DNA of 64,000 nt from an uncultured Chloroflexia bacterium (GCA_963748625.1 CAVVJT010000006.1:44603-108602); one strand, 5' to 3'; counted from the stretch's first letter, positions 1-9,037 are shown. The notes: a model not told the origin generated them from the sequence alone. Numbers and translations are program-made.

Positions 1-509
1 GCACCATCCGATTCGTCGGCTACCGCCGCGGGCAGGAGGGACAGCGCCGCCGCCGCGATCGGGATCGCGAACATCACCGCGAGCACCATCAGCGACGCAC
101 GACGCCGGCGGCGCAATGCGAGGATGGCGGCGACGGCAAGGCATCCCAACCCGATGAACGCGGCGACCTGGCCGGCTTGGGCGATGTCGGGGTAGTTGAC
201 GATCCCCGGCCCGAGCGCTGGTGACACGTCCCCGGGAGCCGGTGATGCGCCCACCACTGTGGCGTCGAGCACCGCGCGATTGCCCAGCGCGACGACGACG
301 ATCACGGCAGCCGCCGCGACCATCACCGTCCCGATAACGCTGGCGGCGATCCGCGCCCGGTCCGCGCCGCGTGGCGCCGTCTCCGGCACGCGGGCCACGC
401 CGTCGCGCAGGGCGTAGGGAGCGGTGCCAGGATCGCGGTCGGCGAGGAGGCCGCGGAACTCGCGCTCGAGTCGCGCGTCGGTGGCGTCGGTGATCGGCTG
501 GTCGCTCAT
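1..509 (-). CDS. Membrane protein translationally coupled to the ECF sigma factor (possible anti-sigma factor); 3' end lies outside the window
   Basis: Absent from the ORF track because the window edge truncates it. The reverse-strand ATG at 509 overlaps the sigma stop (ATGA at 506-509). The frame MSDQPITDATDARLEREFRGLL... stays open to position 1. It has hydrophobic segments (VIGTVMVAAAAVIVVVAL, AAFIGLGCLAVAAILAL, LMVLAVMFAIPIAAAALSLL). No zf-HC2 HxxxCxxC motif is visible. Confidence 0.55.
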   Translation of the reverse strand, partial: MSDQPITDATDARLEREFRGLLADRDPGTAPYALRDGVARVPETAPRGADRARIAASVIGTVMVAAAAVIVVVALGNRAVLDATVVGASPAPGDVSPALGPGIVNYPDIAQAGQVAAFIGLGCLAVAAILALRRRRRASLMVLAVMFAIPIAAAALSLLPAAVADESDG

Positions 510-1072
510 CGGTCCGCCTCCAGGAGCACGGTGCGGAGCTTTGTCATCGCGTGATGGAGGCGGGACTTGACGGTCCCCTCAGGCACGCCCGCGAGTGTCG
601 CAACCTGCGGCACCGTGAGATCCCCGTGGAACCGGAGCGTCACCACCAGGCGCTCGTCCGGCGAGAGGGCGTCGAGGGCCCGCGAGAGCGCGTCGCGGAC
701 AGCGGTCGTTTCGGACGCGTCGGCGACGCGCGGGTGCTCGATCTCGGTCAGGTCCCGGCCGACGTCCACCACCCGGTGGCGGGCTTTCGCGCGAAGGCGG
801 TCGCGGCAGCCGTTGACGACGATCCGCGCGAACCAGGCGTCGAACGCACCGGGATCGCGTAGCGAGGCGAAGGCCCGCCAGGCTGCGACCGCAGCGTCGT
901 GGACCGCGTCCTCGGCCTCGACCCGGTCGTTGAGGATCACGGCGGCAAGGCGGTAGGAGGCGTCCAACTGCCGGTCCACGAGGTGCCGGAAGGCGTCCGC
1001 CCGCGCGTCGATGACGCGCAGCGACGCTCCAGCACGCTCCCGGATCGGTTCCCCCACGAGACTCCCCAGCAT
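506..1072 (-). CDS. ECF-type sigma-70 family RNA polymerase sigma factor
   Basis: From ORF 506..1153. Region 2-like DAVHDAAVAAWRAF...FDAWFARIVVNGCRD and a region 4 HTH, LSPDERLVVTLRFHGDLTVPQVATLAGVPEGTVKSRLHHAMTKLR. Start moved to the internal ATG (MLGSLVGE). Confidence 0.85.
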   Translation of the reverse strand: MLGSLVGEPIRERAGASLRVIDARADAFRHLVDRQLDASYRLAAVILNDRVEAEDAVHDAAVAAWRAFASLRDPGAFDAWFARIVVNGCRDRLRAKARHRVVDVGRDLTEIEHPRVADASETTAVRDALSRALDALSPDERLVVTLRFHGDLTVPQVATLAGVPEGTVKSRLHHAMTKLRTVLLEADR

Positions 1073-1163
1073 CGTCGCCTGCCTCCGTTCATCGAACCTG
1101 ACGAACGGGCGGCACGAATCGTTCACGACTTGGCGAGCGTGCACCAGTGTCAACCGCCTGGCG

Positions 1164-1544
1164 CTACCCGGTCGTTCGAATCTTCCAGAACGAGTCCTTC
1201 GTCACGACCTTGCCATCGCGGAAGACCCACAGATCGCAGCCTCGGACCTCGATTCGCGCTCCCTCGATCGTCGTCCCGGACAGGGTCCACTCGGACGCCC
1301 CGCGGTCGCCGTCGACGAAGTGCTGATCCTGCCGATACCGGATGTCCGGGATACTGGAAAAGCGGGCGGCGAAGGCCTCGCGGATCGCTTCCCGGCCAAC
1401 GAACCGGGTGCCCCACGAGTCCGATCCCCGCGGCCCTTCGAAGACGGCGTTCTCGGCGAAGTGGGCCATGATCGCATCGAGGTCGTGCTCATCGAAGGCT
1501 GTCGCGATGGCCTTGAGCATCCGCATCGCGCCGTCGTGGTCCAT
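1164..1544 (-). CDS. SnoaL-like / NTF2-fold protein
   Basis: C-terminal part of ORF 1164..1874. MDHDGAMRMLKAIATAFDEHDLDAIMAHFAENAVFEGPRG...CDLWVFRDGKVVTKDSFWK is typical of the SnoaL/ketosteroid-isomerase-like fold. The upstream part of the track ORF is Arg/Pro-rich junk. Confidence 0.6.
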   Translation of the reverse strand: MDHDGAMRMLKAIATAFDEHDLDAIMAHFAENAVFEGPRGSDSWGTRFVGREAIREAFAARFSSIPDIRYRQDQHFVDGDRGASEWTLSGTTIEGARIEVRGCDLWVFRDGKVVTKDSFWKIRTTG

Positions 1545-1791
1545 GTGGCGCGGCTCGGTCACGACATCATGGTACTCACCGGCGCGTATGATCCGCGCCG
1601 GCCCTGTTCCCTGACGCGGCGAAGGGCGCAACAGATCGGTCTCTCGCGCGTCTCCAGAGCACTGTCGCGCTCGATGCGCACGGGCGTCCCGCCAGAGCCG
1701 GCCTCCGTCGGCAGACCCGTTCCTGCGGAGGGATCTGACCGGCCGATCACGAGCCCAGCGGGGCCCCGACCCGGGGGATGGGAGGACGACC

Positions 1792-3150
1792 GTGGACGAC
1801 ACCGCGACCGGCGCGATCCCCCTGACCGGCGACGCCACGCCGGAGGTCGACCCGGAGGCGGGGGCCCGTCCCACCGCGCTGTTGCCGATGACGCAGCTGA
1901 TGCGGATCTCGGCCTACTGGCTGGGCCTCACCGCCATCGATGCCGCGGTCGGGTTGTTCATCACCAATCGTGTCGAGTTCGACGGCCTGGTGCCCAGGGA
2001 CGACGTCGGCAAGTCGCTGTTCATGATCGGCATCGGCGCCGCGATCGTGGGAATCATCATCCAGCCCACCGTCGGCTACATCAGCGACTACACCGTTTCC
2101 AGGTGGGGTCGGCGCAAGCCGTACATCGTCTTCGGGTCCCTGCTGGACGTGGTGTTCCTGATCGGGATCGCCATGGGGAACTCGGTCCTCATGCTCGCGG
2201 CCTTCATGCTGCTGCTCGCCGTCAGCACCAACATCGCGCGCGGTCCATTCCAGGGCTACATCCCGGACCTCGTCGCGGAGCCGCAGGTCGGCATGGCGAG
2301 CGGGATGGTGGGCCTCATGCAGGTGGTCGGGAACGTCACCGGGTTCCTCCTCGTATCGCTGTCCGTCACGCTCGGCGTCATGGAGCTCTCGCTCGTGGCG
2401 GTTGCGATCGTCGAGCTCGTGACCATGGCCAGCGTGGTCCTCAAGGTCGGAAAGGGCATGCCGCCCAAGCCGCGCCACGGCAAGTCCTGGGCACGCATCG
2501 CACGCGAGGCCTGGGCGACCGACATCCTCCGGGAGCGGTCCTACATCTGGTTGCTGGTGTCCCGGCTCCTGTTCCTGGTCGCCGGCTCGCTCCTCGTCAA
2601 CTTCGTGGTCATCTACCTCGGGCGCGCCTTCTTCATGTCCAAGGAGGAGGCGAACTCGATGTACGTCGTCATCCTGATCGTCGTCATCGCCGCCAACGTG
2701 GTGGCGATCCTGCCCGCCTCCCGCCTGTCCGACCGGATCGGGCGCAAGCCGCTGATCTTCGCAGCGTGCGCTGGCGGTGCCGCGGGTGCGGGGATCATCG
2801 CCCTGACACCGTCCATCCCGATCGCGATGGTCGGCGCCGCGCTGTTCGGCGCCGCGAACGGCAGCTTCCTGGCCGTCGACTGGGCGCTGATGACCGACAT
2901 CATCCCGCGAGCGTCGGCCGGCCGCTACATGGGCATGAGCAACGTGGCCACCGGTTCGGCCGGGCCTCTCTCCGTCGCCATCGGCGGGGTCGTGCTGGAC
3001 CTCGTGACCTCGGCCGGCAACGAGCCCCTCAGCCCAAGGGTGGTGTTCATTCTCGCCGTCGCGTTCTTCGCGAGCGCAGCGGTCACCCTTCGCCCCGTCG
3101 TCGAGCCGCGCCGCGACCGCCACCCACGGGCGGAGGCCGCAGCCGCCTGA
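1792..3150 (+). CDS. MFS transporter (GPH/BT1-like)
   Basis: 452 aa with about 12 hydrophobic segments. Loop motif GYISDYTVSRWGRRKPYIVFGS. GGGAGGA lies 6 nt upstream of the GTG start. Confidence 0.8.
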   Translation: MDDTATGAIPLTGDATPEVDPEAGARPTALLPMTQLMRISAYWLGLTAIDAAVGLFITNRVEFDGLVPRDDVGKSLFMIGIGAAIVGIIIQPTVGYISDYTVSRWGRRKPYIVFGSLLDVVFLIGIAMGNSVLMLAAFMLLLAVSTNIARGPFQGYIPDLVAEPQVGMASGMVGLMQVVGNVTGFLLVSLSVTLGVMELSLVAVAIVELVTMASVVLKVGKGMPPKPRHGKSWARIAREAWATDILRERSYIWLLVSRLLFLVAGSLLVNFVVIYLGRAFFMSKEEANSMYVVILIVVIAANVVAILPASRLSDRIGRKPLIFAACAGGAAGAGIIALTPSIPIAMVGAALFGAANGSFLAVDWALMTDIIPRASAGRYMGMSNVATGSAGPLSVAIGGVVLDLVTSAGNEPLSPRVVFILAVAFFASAAVTLRPVVEPRRDRHPRAEAAAA

Positions 3151-3154
3151 CCGG

Positions 3155-4153
3155 TCAGTCGCCGATCTCAGCCACGGCCGCGGCGCCTCCTCTCGACGCC
3201 GGGTCGTGCCGGCCAGCGTCGAAGCCGAGGTATGCGCGCAGCCACGCTGCCGATCGAGCACGCCCGATGCGGACGGTCGCCCGGGGCTCCGTGCGGAACG
3301 CGTGACCCCACCGGACCGCCCGGTCGCGCTGGATCCGCAACGCGGCCACCCACGCGGACGCGCTCAGGAAGGCGAAGGGGTGGTGCAGCCGCCACCACCA
3401 TGGCACGGCCGACCAGATGAACACGAGGTAGTCCGCCCGGAAGGGTCGCTCCCCGAAGCCGAACAGGACCTGGAGCTGGACGATCGTCATCGGCAGCATC
3501 ACGAGGGAGAGCAGCCCGGACAGGGCCAGGAACACCAGCCCCCATGAGCGCGCCCGCGGCGGCAGCACGAACCACAGGGGCGCCGGGACCCACTTCATCC
3601 AGGTCGCCAGGCCCCAGATCAGGCCGCCGACCCTGGGGCCCGTGAACTGGGCGCCGAACAGCGCGAGCGCCAGCAGCAGATTGATGTTCCCCGTGTCGAG
3701 GTTGGCCGCCATCGGGAACCAGATCAGCCCGACGAGGATGGCGGTCGGCAGCGGCCGCCGCGTGTAGGCCCAGCGGATGGACCACAGCAGCAGCAGGATC
3801 TGGACCCCGCGCCACGTGAACCAGGCCACCTCCCACGGCAGTAGCGCCCACGGGACGAACAGCGGGAGCATCCAGGGCGAGTAGACGTAGGGCAGGAACG
3901 GTCCAAGTGGGTGGTACGGGTCGCCACCCTCCAGCCAGATCCGCACCGCGGCCCAGTAGGCGCGGGCATCGGCGCCCGCGGTCTCGCCGCGGGCCGTCAT
4001 GCCGGCCAGGGCGAGCGCGAAGACGACAATGAGGATGCCCATCGCGACGATGCGCCGGGGTTCGCGGATCCGGGTCGCCTCCTGGTGGAGGGCACGCCGG
4101 ATCACGCCCGCGCGTCGGGCCGGCCGTCGGTGGAGCGTCGCCTGGGGGTCCAT
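3155..4153 (-). CDS. Polytopic membrane protein, GT-C type glycosyltransferase-like (DUF2029/GT87-like)
   Basis: Only the C-terminal 332 aa of track ORF 3155..4948 look coding. Starts MDPQATLHRRP...MGILIVVFALALAG, Trp/Pro-rich TM segments, PYVYSPWMLPLFVPWALLPW. The remainder of the ORF is antisense to cphB. Family assignment is tentative. Confidence 0.5.
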   Translation of the reverse strand: MDPQATLHRRPARRAGVIRRALHQEATRIREPRRIVAMGILIVVFALALAGMTARGETAGADARAYWAAVRIWLEGGDPYHPLGPFLPYVYSPWMLPLFVPWALLPWEVAWFTWRGVQILLLLWSIRWAYTRRPLPTAILVGLIWFPMAANLDTGNINLLLALALFGAQFTGPRVGGLIWGLATWMKWVPAPLWFVLPPRARSWGLVFLALSGLLSLVMLPMTIVQLQVLFGFGERPFRADYLVFIWSAVPWWWRLHHPFAFLSASAWVAALRIQRDRAVRWGHAFRTEPRATVRIGRARSAAWLRAYLGFDAGRHDPASRGGAAAVAEIGD

Positions 4154-4172
4154 CGACCTGCATTCTCGCGCG

Positions 4173-4201
4173 TTCAGGCCCGGTTGGGGCGCTGCTAGAC
4201 T
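4173..4201 (+). promoter_or_regulatory. Candidate promoter of cphB (TTCAGG-17 nt-TAGACT), giving a leaderless or very short-leader mRNA
   Basis: The TAGACT hexamer ends 9 nt before the cphB ATG (4211). No SD lies in between. A -35-like TTCAGG sits 17 nt upstream. Confidence 0.35.
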
Positions 4202-4210
4202 CCCGGGACC

Positions 4211-5044
4211 ATGCCGCACGGGACAGTCATCGTCATCGGCGGGGCCGAGGACAAGGTCCGCGATCGGGTCATCCTCGGCCAATTCGTCGCGCTCGCGGGC
4301 GGGCCCGAGGCGAGGATCGCCGTGATCGCAACGGCCAGCTCCTTCGGCATGGAGGCGGGCGACCGGTACCGGTCCGTGTTCACCGAGCTGGGTGCTGCGA
4401 ACGTGGCGCCGCTCAACGCCGTGAGCCGCGCGCAGGCGAACGACGAGCACGCGGCGCGAATCATCGGCGACTCCACCGGCATCTTCATGACCGGCGGCAA
4501 CCAGCTCCGGCTCTCGTCGATGCTGGGCGGGACGCGCCTCGCCGACGCGATCATGGCCCGCTTCATGGCCGGTGCCGTGGTCGCAGGCACCTCCGCCGGG
4601 GCAAGCGCCATCTCGTCGCACATGATCGCGTTCGGGGCGTCGGGCGCCACGCCCAAGCACCGGATGGCCCAGATCGCCGCGGGTCTCGGGTTGCTCCCGG
4701 GCGTCATCGTGGACCAGCACTTCCAGCAGCGGAACCGGCTGGGGCGGCTGCTGTCGCTGATCGCCCAGAACCCGTCGCTGCTGGGCCTCGGCGTGGACGA
4801 GGACACGGCCGGCGTCGTGGGCCCGGACCAGGTGATGGAGGTCATCGGGCGCGGGTCCATCACCGTGGTGGACGGCGCGGCGTCCGAGACCGACGCCTGG
4901 GAGATCCGCGGCCACCGGCCCCTCATGATCAGCGGGGTGGTGCTGCACAGCCTGCCGGCGGGCTACCGCTTCGACATTCGTCGGCGGACGCGGGTCTCGG
5001 CGCCGGACCTGCAGGTCATCGAGGGCGAGATCGCCTCGAGCTGA
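4211..5044 (+). CDS. cphB: Cyanophycinase (peptidase S51)
   Basis: 277 aa. VIVIGGAEDK..., GIFMTGGNQLRL, nucleophile motif VVAGTSAGASA, VIVDQHFQQRNRLGRLL. Directly upstream of cphA. Confidence 0.9.
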   Translation: MPHGTVIVIGGAEDKVRDRVILGQFVALAGGPEARIAVIATASSFGMEAGDRYRSVFTELGAANVAPLNAVSRAQANDEHAARIIGDSTGIFMTGGNQLRLSSMLGGTRLADAIMARFMAGAVVAGTSAGASAISSHMIAFGASGATPKHRMAQIAAGLGLLPGVIVDQHFQQRNRLGRLLSLIAQNPSLLGLGVDEDTAGVVGPDQVMEVIGRGSITVVDGAASETDAWEIRGHRPLMISGVVLHSLPAGYRFDIRRRTRVSAPDLQVIEGEIASS

Positions 5045-5147
5045 CGCGCGTGCTCAGCCTGGCGGCGACGTTGGCTCGGGGGAGGCTCGACCGAGCGCGA
5101 CGCCCAGCGATTACACTCCGGTTCCCCACGCACGCGAGGAGGGTCCA

Positions 5148-8117
5148 GTGGCGCAGGCGGATCCCGCTTCCCCGAAGCGGCCGAGGAAGACCGCGGCTCC
5201 GGCCGCCGACACGACCGCGGACGGGGGCGCAGCCGCGGCTCCGGCCGCCGCCACCACGCCGGACGCCGGCGCCACGCCGGAGGCGGACCCGGCCACGCCG
5301 CGGCGGAGGGCCTCGGACGCGATCCCGGGCGGCCTGCGTCCCGAGCCCACCCTGCGCATCCTCGAGACCCGCGTCCTGCGCGGCGCCAACTACTGGGCCA
5401 GGGAGCCCGTGATCCGCCAGGTCGTGGATCTGGGCGTGCTCGAGGAGTTCCCGAGCAACACGATCCCTGGTTTCGTCGACGCCCTCGTCGGGTTGCTGCC
5501 AACCCTGGAGGAGCACGCCTGCTCCCTGGGCCGGCGAGGCGGGTTCATCACGCGCCTCCGTGATGGGACCTGGGCGGGCCACGTGGCCGAGCACATCGCC
5601 CTGGAGTTCCAGAACCTCGCCGGCACGGACGTCCGCCACGGCAAGACCCGCGGCACCGGCGAGCATGGTCGCTACAACGTGATCTTCGAGTACCGCGAGG
5701 AGCAGGTCGGCATCGAGGCCGGCCGCAAGGCCGTCGGGCTCGTCAACCACCTCGTGGCGCCCCACGACCCGGCCTTCGACTTCGATCTCATGGCGGAGCT
5801 CGAGAGCCTGATCCTCATGGCGGAGCGGCTCGCCTTCGGGCCCTCCACCCAGGCGCTCATCGACGAGGCCGCGGGCCGCGACATCCCGTACATGCGCCTC
5901 GACCGCTACTCGCTCGTCCAGTTTGGCCAGGGTGTCCACCAGCAGCGAATCCGCGCCACGATGACCAGCCGCACGAGCGGCATCGCGGTGGACATCGCGT
6001 CGGACAAGAAGCTGACCAACCGCCTCCTCGACTCGGCAGGGCTCCCGGTGCCGCGCTCGGAGATGGTGGAGACCGAGGACGAGGCCGTCGCCGCGGCCCG
6101 CCGCCTGGGTTATCCATGCGTCATCAAGCCGCTCGACGGCAACCACGGCAGGGGCGTCGCGCTGGACCTGCTGAACGAGGCCGCCGTCCGCGCCGCCTGG
6201 CCCGAGACGCTGCGCCAGAGCCGCGGCGGCGACGTGATCGTGGAGTCGTACATCACCGGCCGCGACTATCGCTGCCTCGTGATCGGCGGCAAACTCGCGG
6301 CGGTCGCCGAGCGTGTCCCGGCCAGCGTCACCGGCGACGGCGAGCGGACGATCCGCGAGCTGGTCGAGGTCACCAACGCCGACCCGCGCCGGGGCCTCGG
6401 GCACGAGAAGGTCCTCACCCGTATCAGGCTCGATGCCAACGCCGAGGCGGTCCTCGCGGGCCAGGGCTTCGCCCCCGACGACGTGCCGCCCGCCGGCGCC
6501 TTCGTCAAGCTCGCCCTCACGGGCAACATGTCCACCGGCGGCACGTCCATCGACCGCACCCTCGAGGCCCACCCCGACAACGTGGAGATCGCCGAGACGG
6601 CGGCCCGCGTCGTCGGCCTCGACATCGCCGGCATCGACTTCATCTGCCCGGACATCGAGGAGCCGGTCCGCGAGACCGGCGGCGGCATCGTCGAGGTCAA
6701 CGCGGCCCCCGGCTTCCGGATGCACACGCATCCAACCGAGGGTGAGCCCCAGTACGTCGCAAAGCCGGTCATCGATCTCCTGTTCCCGCCCGGCACTCCG
6801 GCCCGCATCCCCATCCTCGCCGTCACCGGGACCAACGGCAAGACGACGACCGTGCGGATGACCGCCCACGTCCTCAAGCTGATGGGCAAGCGCGTGGGCA
6901 TGACGTCCACCGACGGCATCGTCATCGACGGCCGGCTGATGAAGCGCGGCGACATGAGCGGGCCGAAATCGGCACAGATGGTCCTCCAGAACCCGACGGT
7001 GGACACGGCGGTGTTCGAGGTGGCCCGCGGCGGCATCCTTCGCGAGGGCCTGGGCTACGACCGCAACGACGTCGCTGTGGTCACCAACGTCACCGGCGAT
7101 CACCTGGGGATCGGCGGCATCGACACGCTCGGCCAGCTGGCCAACGTCAAGGGCGTGGTCGTCGAGGCCGTGCCGCGGGCGGGGACCGCGGTCCTCAACG
7201 CCGACGACCATCTCGTCTACCGGATGGGACGCCACTGCAGCGGACGCGTAGTGCTGTTCTCGATGTCGAAGGCGAAGGGGGAGGAGGGCTTCGATCGCGT
7301 CGACGGGCACGCCGCGCGTGGCAACGCCGCCTTCTGTCTCGAGGACACGCCCCAGGGCGAGCTCATCGTGCTGCGCCACGGCCCGCGCAAGATGCCGGTC
7401 CTCTACACCCACCTCATTCCCGCCACGTTCGGCGGGCGGGCGCGGATGAACGTCGCCAATGCGCTCGCCGCCGCTGCCGCCGCGTGGTCGATGGGCGCCC
7501 ACATCCACGACATCCGCCAGGGCCTGAGGACCTTCTCGACGTCCTTCTTCCAGGCGCCGGGCCGCCTCAACCTGGTGGAGGTCGCGGGGACGCGCGTGGT
7601 CATCGACTACTGCCACAACGTGGACGGCATGCGCCAGCTGGCGGACTTCGTCAACCGGATGATGGTGGAGCCGCAGACGCGGGCGGGCGTGCTGGGAGCC
7701 TCGGCCGCACCGCCGCGAACCGGGCGAGCCATCGGCGTCATCGGGATCCCGGGCGACCGCCGCGACCAGGACCAGCGCGAATACGGCGCCCTGGCCGCCA
7801 CCGCGTTCGACGAGCTCGTCATCCGCGAGGACCGCAACCTGCGCGGGCGGCAACCCGGCGAGTCGGCGTCCAACGTCGCCGCGGGGATCCGTGCCGCCCG
7901 CGGCGAGGGCGGTGGCCGGGCCGTGCGGATCGACAAGATCCTTGACGAGGCGTCCGCCGTGCGCGCGGCCCTGCGTCGCTCGGCCCCGGGTGACCTCGTG
8001 GTGGTCTGCGCCGACGATGCAGTGGACGTGTACCGGCAGGCGATGGCACTCGCCGGGCGCAACCAGGGCGGCACCGCCTTCGCCGACCCGGGCGAGCTGG
8101 AGGCTCCGCTGGGATGA
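5148..8117 (+). CDS. cphA: Cyanophycin synthetase (N domain + ATP-grasp G domain + Mur-ligase M domain)
   Basis: 989 aa. N-domain LRILETRVLRGANYWAREPVI. ATP-grasp segment YPCVIKPLDGNHGRGV...IVEVNAAPGFRMH. M-domain P-loop VTGTNGKTT, NVTGDHLG, PGRLNL. GAGGAGGG SD before the GTG at 5148. About 68 aa of Ala/Pro/Thr-rich N-terminal extension. Confidence 0.95.
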   Translation: MAQADPASPKRPRKTAAPAADTTADGGAAAAPAAATTPDAGATPEADPATPRRRASDAIPGGLRPEPTLRILETRVLRGANYWAREPVIRQVVDLGVLEEFPSNTIPGFVDALVGLLPTLEEHACSLGRRGGFITRLRDGTWAGHVAEHIALEFQNLAGTDVRHGKTRGTGEHGRYNVIFEYREEQVGIEAGRKAVGLVNHLVAPHDPAFDFDLMAELESLILMAERLAFGPSTQALIDEAAGRDIPYMRLDRYSLVQFGQGVHQQRIRATMTSRTSGIAVDIASDKKLTNRLLDSAGLPVPRSEMVETEDEAVAAARRLGYPCVIKPLDGNHGRGVALDLLNEAAVRAAWPETLRQSRGGDVIVESYITGRDYRCLVIGGKLAAVAERVPASVTGDGERTIRELVEVTNADPRRGLGHEKVLTRIRLDANAEAVLAGQGFAPDDVPPAGAFVKLALTGNMSTGGTSIDRTLEAHPDNVEIAETAARVVGLDIAGIDFICPDIEEPVRETGGGIVEVNAAPGFRMHTHPTEGEPQYVAKPVIDLLFPPGTPARIPILAVTGTNGKTTTVRMTAHVLKLMGKRVGMTSTDGIVIDGRLMKRGDMSGPKSAQMVLQNPTVDTAVFEVARGGILREGLGYDRNDVAVVTNVTGDHLGIGGIDTLGQLANVKGVVVEAVPRAGTAVLNADDHLVYRMGRHCSGRVVLFSMSKAKGEEGFDRVDGHAARGNAAFCLEDTPQGELIVLRHGPRKMPVLYTHLIPATFGGRARMNVANALAAAAAAWSMGAHIHDIRQGLRTFSTSFFQAPGRLNLVEVAGTRVVIDYCHNVDGMRQLADFVNRMMVEPQTRAGVLGASAAPPRTGRAIGVIGIPGDRRDQDQREYGALAATAFDELVIREDRNLRGRQPGESASNVAAGIRAARGEGGGRAVRIDKILDEASAVRAALRRSAPGDLVVVCADDAVDVYRQAMALAGRNQGGTAFADPGELEAPLG

Positions 8118-8404
8118 GCGACGCGGGCGTGCCGTGACGGGCTCCGGTGGGCCGCGGGGCGCGGAGCTCGAGGTCCGCGCACCTGGCGAACCCATACCCC
8201 CGGCCGCGCTGCTCAGGATGGCTCGCGTTGGGTGTATCGGATCCGGGCCACGACGGTGCGGAGGAGCAGTCGACGAGCGACCACATCGGCCGATCGTACT
8301 GGGCTGATCTGAGCACGAATCGGGGTTGCCGACCCCCACGGGCCGAACGCCGCCGCCTGCCGGGCGCATCATCGTCTCGACAATGCACGGCAGGGTGGGG
8401 AGCC

Positions 8405-8695
8405 ATGGAACGAGACAGCGCACCACGACGGTTCGCGACCCTGGTGCTCGCTGCAGCGGCAATCGGATCTCCACTCGCGGGTTGTGGCACGCCGACGACA
8501 CCGTCGGCTGTGCCGAGCCCTTCCAGCGACCAGCCGGCACCCGCGACCCGGCAGGGGGAAAGCCGGGCCGCGACCGGAGTGTGCGTCACTCAGCCGGACG
8601 CGAGCAGGGCAGTCGCTCCGGACATGGCATCAACCTCGACGAACCAGTGGCTCGTCACGTCGGCGGTCGTCCCGTCGGCCCTGCCGGACAGGTAG
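8405..8695 (+). CDS. Putative small lipoprotein (weak call)
   Basis: Internal ATG of ORF 8147..8695. MERDSAPRRFATLVLAAAAIGSPLAGC has a lipobox followed by a Pro/Ser/Thr linker. However, third-position GC is lower than in neighbouring genes, and the 3' 100 nt overlap a convergent ORF whose wobble positions coincide. Confidence 0.3.
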   Translation: MERDSAPRRFATLVLAAAAIGSPLAGCGTPTTPSAVPSPSSDQPAPATRQGESRAATGVCVTQPDASRAVAPDMASTSTNQWLVTSAVVPSALPDR

Positions 8696-8885
8696 ACCTG
8701 CCAGACGAGCCGCTGCTCGCCGGCCTGGGTGAAGGTGATCGGCAGCTCGGCCGTGTCCCCCTTGACGCCAGTGGCGTCGGTGATGACGGTGGCGCTGCGG
8801 ACTCGGCGGCAACGCGTGCGACCGCCGGCGTGGGCGGGTCGGCGTACGGCCGGGACACGTTGACGATGGCCGCCCGGCGGCCCAT
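8590..8885 (-). CDS. Hypothetical small protein with an apparent frame break near 8795-8805
   Basis: An ATG at 8885 with AGAGGG upstream gives MGRRAAIVNVSRPYADPPTPAVARVAAESA (frame of ORF 8655..8885). The well-composed C-terminus TVITDATGVKGDTAELPITFTQAGEQRLVWQVYLSGRADGTTADVTSHWFVEVDAMSG is in the frame of ORF 8590..9339. Third-position GC supports each frame only in its own segment. Confidence 0.35.
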
Positions 8886-9037
8886 CTGTCGCCCTCTGGC
8901 GGCGAACCGTCCTCTGGGCGGCCAATTGCCGTCGTAGCGGCTGCGAGGGACTGGTCTGGTCGCGCCCAGGGGACCGAGCGTCCGGGTGCGGCGACGAACG
9001 GTCCGCCCAGCGGACCGGGGAGCCCCCGGAGCCCGCC

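Noticed and set aside
1011-3305. 764-aa plus-strand ORF overlapping the sigma, SnoaL and MFS genes
   Set aside because: The translation is dominated by Arg/Pro/Gly/His runs. It is out of frame with the convincing MFS ORF (1792..3150) and antisense to the sigma and SnoaL genes.
3155-4948. Full 597-aa ORF as a single gene
   Set aside because: Only the C-terminal 332 aa (from the ATG at 4153) have membrane-protein character. The N-terminal 265 aa are antisense to cyanophycinase and compositionally junk.
5016-8540. 1174-aa reverse-strand ORF spanning the whole cphA gene
   Set aside because: It is antisense to a gene with unmistakable CphA motifs. The translation is Arg/Gly/Asp/His-rich low-complexity sequence. 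This is the classic shadow ORF of a high-GC genome, where stop codons are rare in all frames.
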